The notes under the pieces: generated by a model
Databases searched by the model: none
Seen by the model: only the letters and a program-made list of their open reading frames with translations
What the model was told of the DNA's origin: nothing
Program-made: the position numbers and the translations under genes
Source: an uncultured virus (IMG/VR IMGVR_UViG_2645727712_000001)
Taxonomy: Duplodnaviria; Heunggongvirae; Uroviricota; Caudoviricetes
Direction: 5' to 3' (one strand)
IMG/VR virus record: IMGVR_UViG_2645727712_000001
Length of the DNA: 20,000 nucleotides
Shown: positions 14,662-20,000 of the stretch, piece after piece
Numbering within the stretch: the stretch's first letter is position 1
Layout of the letters: every line of letters starts with the position of its first letter

Positions 14662-15339
14662 TCAAGCTTCTGGGATTTTTTTATTTATAGAGACAAACCA
14701 CTCACCAGGCTCCCTGTAAGGTGTTGGGACGAGTAAGAACACTTGCACGCCTGATAGCCCATTAGCTTTCCGATAAGTCACCACTAACTCGGCGCGCTCA
14801 CACTCACCCATCGAGTCCCAAACACTGAACCCGACAGTGCCATCCCTAGCAACCAAAGGGAAATTATACTCCTTCAGTACTAACCCATAATCATCAATAA
14901 TTTTTGCATTGACGTGCTCACAAGTCGCGCCAACATTATGTATTTCGAAACCACAGACTTCGTGTTGATCACCTTCATCAAGCGCCTCAGACAAGCCAGT
15001 AAATTTCAGCTGCAACACAGGATCAAATGAAAGCTCTTGATTTTTTAGTGTTTCCTTGGTTGCGATTGCGAGTTCCTTTTGCTGAGCAACTGACTCATTC
15101 AACTCTTTAACCTGTAATTTCAAGGTATCTGAACTTATCCTCAGCTCAAGCCCTTGTTGCGCGAAGCCAAGAACTAGCCATAGGAAAGCCAATGGACTAA
15201 AGGCGCCGGCTAGAAAATCCCCAACCGAGTTCAGCTCCATTGTTTTGAGTGCCCCTATCCTTTCTCCTACAGCCCACCACATCAACACAAAATACAGGGC
15301 GCTAACCATCAAGCCTATCCATAGTAACGATCTGCGCAT
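14662..15339 (-). CDS. Membrane protein with N-terminal 2 TM plus coiled coil (moron)
   Basis: NSVGDFLAGAFSPLAFLWLVLG..QQ..EL motif; GAGG SD; AT-richer; antisense to the operon. Confidence 0.75.
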   Translation of the reverse strand: MRRSLLWIGLMVSALYFVLMWWAVGERIGALKTMELNSVGDFLAGAFSPLAFLWLVLGFAQQGLELRISSDTLKLQVKELNESVAQQKELAIATKETLKNQELSFDPVLQLKFTGLSEALDEGDQHEVCGFEIHNVGATCEHVNAKIIDDYGLVLKEYNFPLVARDGTVGFSVWDSMGECERAELVVTYRKANGLSGVQVFLLVPTPYREPGEWFVSINKKIPEA

Positions 15340-15409
15340 TTGTCCCTCATTTATCGTAAGTCAAAAGCGCATCAATGATGGCACGCCAACCTGCTCATGA
15401 GGTATCCCC

Positions 15410-16525
15410 ATGCCCACAGAAAACCGATCCAGCAATACAGAGATGGCCGCGCAGCTGAGCCCATGTCCGCACTGCGGTCAGCAAGACGCCTTCGTTGAGC
15501 AGCTCGACAGCGATGCCTCTGTCGTCATCTGCCAGGGCCGAATTGACGAGTACTCAGCCTGCCTTGCTCGCGGGCCAGTCGGAGTTCAGCAGCATGAATG
15601 CGAAGACCAGCCAGGCCATGACCAGGCTGTGAAAGATTGGAACAAGCGCGCAGCAGTTGTGCCCCATCCCGACCCTATAGCCTGGATGGTTGGTACTGCC
15701 TTCTGGTGGACCAAAGAAGAGGCAGAGAGGGATGCGGCGGAGACTGGGCTGCCGATTGTTGGGCTGGGACCGATGACCGGTGCAGCGAATATCGAGCAGC
15801 ACCAGGGCGAGCCGGAGGCGTGTAGCCACGAGTGGACCGACGACGGTGAATTCATGCTGGTTTGCACGGCGTGTGGCGCGCAGGAAAATCACGATCCCAA
15901 GTGGCGTGATATGGCGACCGCGCCGCGAGACGGCACGCTGGTGCGCTTACTGGTTGAATTCACTGAGCATGCAACCGAAGACAGAGAATCAATGCCGTCT
16001 CCAACGATTGGGGCGAACAGCTACGACCATACTGGCGAAGACGTTTGGCAATTTGCTGGTTGGTCCTGGGAGCAGGACTGTTTCACCCAGGGTCAAGGCG
16101 AGCCTGTCGGCTGGCTTCCGCTGCTGGATACACCGCATCCCGACCCTGCCGAGGCTGAGCAGCTCCGTGCCGTCATTGATCAGCAAAAGACCCTGATCGC
16201 CTCACTGCGTGCTGAACTGGTTGAGTCGTACAGCATCGACGCCAGCGCAGAGCCGAGCGCGCCGGCTGTCTCGAATTTGCCAGAGCTGACTGACGACCTC
16301 CGCGAGATCCTCGGCCGCCCTAACTTCACCTGCCACTTCATCGCCAAAGCGCTACGGATTATGGGGCATAGCATTGCGCCCAAATCCGAAGATGAGCAGG
16401 CCGTGGTGATCCATTGGCTTCTTGGCCACTACTTGAAGAACGGTTCGGATTGGCGGCTGCGTGCTGAAGCCGAGCTGAAATCAGCCAGCGAGAAGCTGGC
16501 CCCGAGCGCAGCTCCACAGCAATAA
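15410..16525 (+). CDS. Mosaic protein with an N-terminal Lar-like (restriction alleviation) Zn domain
   Basis: LSPCPHCG...VICQG..C..AVKDWNKRA; second Cys/His cluster; WRDMATAPRDGT (DUF551-like); GAGGT SD. Confidence 0.65.
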   Translation: MPTENRSSNTEMAAQLSPCPHCGQQDAFVEQLDSDASVVICQGRIDEYSACLARGPVGVQQHECEDQPGHDQAVKDWNKRAAVVPHPDPIAWMVGTAFWWTKEEAERDAAETGLPIVGLGPMTGAANIEQHQGEPEACSHEWTDDGEFMLVCTACGAQENHDPKWRDMATAPRDGTLVRLLVEFTEHATEDRESMPSPTIGANSYDHTGEDVWQFAGWSWEQDCFTQGQGEPVGWLPLLDTPHPDPAEAEQLRAVIDQQKTLIASLRAELVESYSIDASAEPSAPAVSNLPELTDDLREILGRPNFTCHFIAKALRIMGHSIAPKSEDEQAVVIHWLLGHYLKNGSDWRLRAEAELKSASEKLAPSAAPQQ

Positions 16526-16589
16526 CCCAACCCGCTGTAACCCCTATCCCCTCTATTCACTGCCGCGATATGGCGGCAAAGGAATCGTC

Positions 16590-17084
16590 ATGCCTGAAGA
16601 AAACCAGCTGCATCCCGACTTGGCGCGAATCTACGACGTATTCGGCCTGCATCACTCCCACCCGGTCAGCGTACTGGAGACCAATATCCGGAACACGAAA
16701 CGGTTCTCCGACTTACTCCAAGCTGTCGAGAGCGAGTTCCTAATGGTACCGGGCGCGCCGTCAGGTGAGCCGGAAGATGAAGGCTGTCCAGTTGACGACG
16801 AATGTCTCGTCAATCGCTGGGGCTCGACCCAGGAGGAATACATCCAGCAGTTCAGGGTGGCGCTCGAGCACCTCAACGGAAAGAGCCGCGTCATCACCCT
16901 GTCCGGCTGCGAATTCACCGAGCACGACCTGCTACGGACCGCGGTGCGCATGGTCAGCGGGAAGACTCGGATGAAGCAACCGCGCTGGGTGCTGATGAAG
17001 GACGCATTTTGCTGCGGATCGGGCGTGGCGCATGCGCTTTGCCGGCGCTTCGGCTTTGACCCTGACGAGGAGTTGCGCCGATGA
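16590..17084 (+). CDS. Hypothetical phage protein
   Basis: AAGGA SD; coupled to the next gene. Confidence 0.75.
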   Translation: MPEENQLHPDLARIYDVFGLHHSHPVSVLETNIRNTKRFSDLLQAVESEFLMVPGAPSGEPEDEGCPVDDECLVNRWGSTQEEYIQQFRVALEHLNGKSRVITLSGCEFTEHDLLRTAVRMVSGKTRMKQPRWVLMKDAFCCGSGVAHALCRRFGFDPDEELRR

Positions 17085-17302
17085 CCCGCCTCGCCCTCTG
17101 CCTCCTGCTGCTGGCCACCCTGGCCGGCTGCAAATTCGAGGTCTGCATCGACGCCTCCGGCAAGAACTGCAGCCAGGCACGCGCCAGTACCTGCGAGTTC
17201 AACGCTGACACGCGGCGCCATCTCTCCCCGCACGAAACCCAACCCGAACCTACACCCGCTATGGCGCCTGGGCGCTGGATTGATGAGAGGTATGAGCTGT
17301 GA
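17081..17302 (+). CDS. Small putative lipoprotein
   Basis: MTRLALCLLLLATLAGC with lipobox LAGC. Confidence 0.6.
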   Translation: MTRLALCLLLLATLAGCKFEVCIDASGKNCSQARASTCEFNADTRRHLSPHETQPEPTPAMAPGRWIDERYEL

Positions 17303-17607
17303 GCAAGTATCGCAAAGGTCAGCTTTACACCCGTCGTATGCGCCTATCCGACGATAGCGACAGTTGGCGCCTGGCAATGCGCCTGGCTTTCTACACCACC
17401 ATGCTCCGCAGCGGAGATTACAAGAGCGCCTATGTGCTCTGTCGCCACGGTGTGAAAGGTGTGATGGAGGTCGGCCGCAGCCGGAAGGATCTGACATCGA
17501 CCTTGTTCATGTCCGGCTGCCGAAACATCAAGGATATCCAGCGCAAGAGCAAGTTCGGCAACATTGAGCGTGTCAAAGAGGCCATGGCCAAGCAGGTTAC
17601 AACATGA
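17299..17607 (+). CDS. Basic hypothetical protein
   Basis: GTGA and ATGA couplings at both ends. Confidence 0.65.
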   Translation: MSKYRKGQLYTRRMRLSDDSDSWRLAMRLAFYTTMLRSGDYKSAYVLCRHGVKGVMEVGRSRKDLTSTLFMSGCRNIKDIQRKSKFGNIERVKEAMAKQVTT

Positions 17608-17978
17608 CTAGGCTGATCGAAGTGAAGACAGAAGACCTGACCGGCGAGGCCCTAGGCTGGGCGGTGGGTATGGCCGAGGGCCTGGCTCTACACCTCGAGC
17701 CACCCCAGTACGGCAACGGCTGGCGCGTGTTCGCCATCTACCGGGGTGAGGCGACCGAGCGCTGCGAGCGTTACAACCCCTGGGAGGCCTGGGCGCTGGC
17801 AGGCCTGCTTTTGGACAAGCACTGTATCAGCCTGATCTACGCCTTTGAGGAGTATGAGGCTCTAATTGGTATGACCGGTAGCGGCTACCACCCAAGCTCA
17901 ACCATGGCTGTATGTCGCGCCATTGTCGCCGTCAAGCTTGGCGATACCGTCCAGGTGCCCAAGGAGCTGATCCCATGA
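17604..17978 (+). CDS. NinX/DUF2591-like protein
   Basis: LTGEALGWAV..YNP..W..G.L..K..ISL..AVCRAIV pattern. Confidence 0.7.
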   Translation: MTRLIEVKTEDLTGEALGWAVGMAEGLALHLEPPQYGNGWRVFAIYRGEATERCERYNPWEAWALAGLLLDKHCISLIYAFEEYEALIGMTGSGYHPSSTMAVCRAIVAVKLGDTVQVPKELIP

Positions 17979-18160
17979 TCGAGCAATTCAGCGTGAACGA
18001 GCTCGAGGCAATTCTGAAAGGCGTCAAGCCCAGCGACCTGCGCGGCGGCGAGACCACCGCCCAGTACCTGCACCGCGAGATCCAGCGCCTGGCCAAGGAG
18101 CGCGACAGCCTGCGCGAGGATCGCGACGGGATGCTTGAAAATGGAGCGCACCTCCTATGA
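17975..18160 (+). CDS. 61-aa hypothetical protein
   Basis: AAGGAG SD; ATGA coupling; starts MIEQFSVNEL. Confidence 0.7.
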   Translation: MIEQFSVNELEAILKGVKPSDLRGGETTAQYLHREIQRLAKERDSLREDRDGMLENGAHLL

Positions 18161-18351
18161 TCCCGCGCAAAGGCTACCTGCGCCGGAAGCTGGAAGCGAC
18201 GCTCGTGCGCTTTGCCGCCGGCATCCTCATGCACCGAAACTGCGCCCGGTCGCTCGTTGTCAGCCGTCGCGACAACAACGACATGTGGTACATGGCCGAG
18301 CGCCTTGAAAGCATCGCGGATCGCATTTCCAGCGGTTACCCGAACGCCTGA
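18157..18351 (+). CDS. 64-aa hypothetical protein
   Basis: GGAG SD; ATGA coupling. Confidence 0.65.
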   Translation: MIPRKGYLRRKLEATLVRFAAGILMHRNCARSLVVSRRDNNDMWYMAERLESIADRISSGYPNA

Positions 18352-18402
18352 CCCCTCCCCCTACTACTCAAGCCCGCCGAAATACGCGGGCGAGGATGAC
18401 CC

Positions 18403-18612
18403 ATGGCCATTTTCATCTGCTCATGCACGAAGCTCAGCAAATGCCAGTCGCTTGGCGATCAAGTGCGTGTGGTTGCCATGCGCCGCGGCAATGGCTGGCA
18501 AACGATTCGTGACGACCTTGCACGTATAGCTGAAGAGTGGTTTGGCCGTGAGCCGGCCAGGACCAGAAGCGAAATGCGCGCCGTATGCGACGAAGTCTTC
18601 CGCACCAACTGA
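18403..18612 (+). CDS. 69-aa hypothetical protein
   Basis: GAGGA SD after a hairpin. Confidence 0.6.
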   Translation: MAIFICSCTKLSKCQSLGDQVRVVAMRRGNGWQTIRDDLARIAEEWFGREPARTRSEMRAVCDEVFRTN

Positions 18613-18648
18613 CCAACCTGCCGCCACCGGCGGCGTGGAGACCATCCC

Positions 18649-18981
18649 ATGGATATTGAAATCACTGGTGACGTCGACAAAGTCACCGAGCAACGACTAG
18701 CCGAACTGATCGGCTGTACTAAGCGCTCCCTGGAGCATCGGCGCCTGGATGGGAAGATCCCCGAGGGCGTTTGGATGAAGCATGGTGGCCGGATCATCTA
18801 CAGCAAAAAGAGGTATGACGAATGGCTGGAAAGCCAATGGGTTTACCCCGTGGGGTCGAAATCTTCCGCAACTCCCTCCGTATTCGTTTCACATGGGACG
18901 GTATCCGTCGATGCGAAACGCTCCCCTATCCCCCGACACAAAAAGGGATCAAGGCTGCATCCAACCTTCGCGATCAGGTAA
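18649..18981 (+). CDS. xis: Excisionase-like winged-helix protein
   Basis: VTEQRLAELIGCTKRSLEHRRLDGKIPEGVW..GRIIYSKKRYDEWLE; directly upstream of and overlapping int. Confidence 0.7.
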   Translation: MDIEITGDVDKVTEQRLAELIGCTKRSLEHRRLDGKIPEGVWMKHGGRIIYSKKRYDEWLESQWVYPVGSKSSATPSVFVSHGTVSVDAKRSPIPRHKKGSRLHPTFAIR

Positions 18982-20000
18982 CCAGCCTCAACAAGCTCGG
19001 TCTCCTTGATCAGGACAAGTACGCCGAGCTGTTTCCCAGTTCACAGGCTGCGGTCGGCGGTAAGCCGACCTTCGGCGAGTATGCCCAGCTCTGGCTTGAT
19101 GGCCGAGAAATCACAGAGGGCACTCACAATAACTACAAAAGCGCTCTGAATCTCTATTGGGTACCGCGATTGGCCTTGGTCCGTGTCGACCTGATCACGA
19201 CCAATCTGCTGCGTCGAGTCATCGCCGAAACCGAATGGACCTCTCCAAACGTGAAGCGCAATGCGATCACTAGGCTGTCGACCATCCTTTCTGCAGCCAC
19301 CCGGGAAGGCCTGCTCGCAAAAAATCCGGCCGAGGTGATTGACCTGCCGAAGCGCCTAAAGAAAGAGATCGACCCTTTCACCTTGGCCGAAGCCAACACC
19401 ATCATCAACAAACTTTACGAGCACAAGCACTGGCCAAGCCTGATCTATGCCGCCTTGTTCGAGTTCATGTTCTTCACAGGGCTGCGGTTGTCGGAGGCCC
19501 TGGCGGTCCGGTGGGATGTGATCAACATGGAGAAGAGAACGGTGCACGTCCGAAGGACAGTCGCCCTGGGCAAGATAGAGGAAAGAACGAAAACAGGAAG
19601 GGACCGGTTTGTGCTGCTGAATGATCGGGCCTTGCGGGCTATCCAGTTCGCCAGGCAGTACGCTGACCGCCGCAAGGATGGCAAAGGAGCGGTGGCCATG
19701 ACGCCGTTTGTCTTCCCGCCTTCCAAGAACGCCGAGTACGTCAAGCAGACCTCTGACCTGCACAAGCAATGGGTACCGGTGCTCAACGAGCTTGGGATTC
19801 GACGTCGCCCCCCATATAACTGCCGTCACACGTATGCGACAATATGCTTAATGTCTGGTCTGAATCCCGCATTTATCGCCCAACAGCTGGGTCACAGCGT
19901 TCAAATGCTGTTATCGACCTATGCCCGTTGGCTTAACTCAAGCTCCGACTGGAGCGAGCTGGAAAAACTCAAAATTGGTATCAAATCGGTATCAGGTTGA
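18822..20000 (+). CDS. int: Tyrosine integrase with an N-terminal arm-binding domain
   Basis: TGLRLSE (R), TKTG (K), YNCRHT, LGHS and TYARW (Y) catalytic motifs. Confidence 0.95.
   Translation: MAGKPMGLPRGVEIFRNSLRIRFTWDGIRRCETLPYPPTQKGIKAASNLRDQVTSLNKLGLLDQDKYAELFPSSQAAVGGKPTFGEYAQLWLDGREITEGTHNNYKSALNLYWVPRLALVRVDLITTNLLRRVIAETEWTSPNVKRNAITRLSTILSAATREGLLAKNPAEVIDLPKRLKKEIDPFTLAEANTIINKLYEHKHWPSLIYAALFEFMFFTGLRLSEALAVRWDVINMEKRTVHVRRTVALGKIEERTKTGRDRFVLLNDRALRAIQFARQYADRRKDGKGAVAMTPFVFPPSKNAEYVKQTSDLHKQWVPVLNELGIRRRPPYNCRHTYATICLMSGLNPAFIAQQLGHSVQMLLSTYARWLNSSSDWSELEKLKIGIKSVSG

Larger units (their letters stand above)
1..20000. mobile_element. Lambdoid prophage early region (int-xis, PL operon, cI/cro, replication, nin-like region)
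   Basis: Canonical lambdoid gene order with divergent cI/cro and an integrase at the right edge. Confidence 0.95.

Noticed and set aside
13294..15339. Type II restriction-modification system around the methylase
   Set aside because: Neighbours are membrane or small proteins without nuclease motifs
19975..19994. Link between GGTATC repeats here and TGGTATC repeats at the origin
   Set aside because: Only 6-7 nt shared in different contexts; probably chance

Overview
Early half of a lambdoid temperate prophage of Pseudomonas type (genus inferred from gene content). The minus-strand PR operon runs cro, Rha/KilAC antirepressor-like gene, replication initiator with an intragenic iteron origin, a replication partner, an unlisted 43-aa ORF, DUF1364, VRR-NUC and a second tyrosine-recombinase-like gene cut off by the window edge. 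The immunity region has an S24-family cI, six 15-bp operators, a VasI/TagO-like secreted moron and a DUF1654-like gene with a LexA box. The plus-strand PL operon has a ~550-nt structured, GGA-rich leader, an unlisted CsrA/RsmA homologue, repeated hairpins and long-stem RNA cassettes, LuxR-type HTH, YfdP/YfdQ-like genes, a doubly stopped pseudogene, an orphan C5 methyltransferase, Lar-like and NinX-like genes, and xis-int. Several AT-richer antisense morons interrupt it, including a 2-TM SLATT-like gene coupled to a Pro-rich 43-aa peptide. The best candidates for something new are the Csr protein plus GGA-rich RNA module, the stem-enclosed RNA cassettes and the SLATT-like/peptide pair. All family calls come from motif recognition, not database searches.
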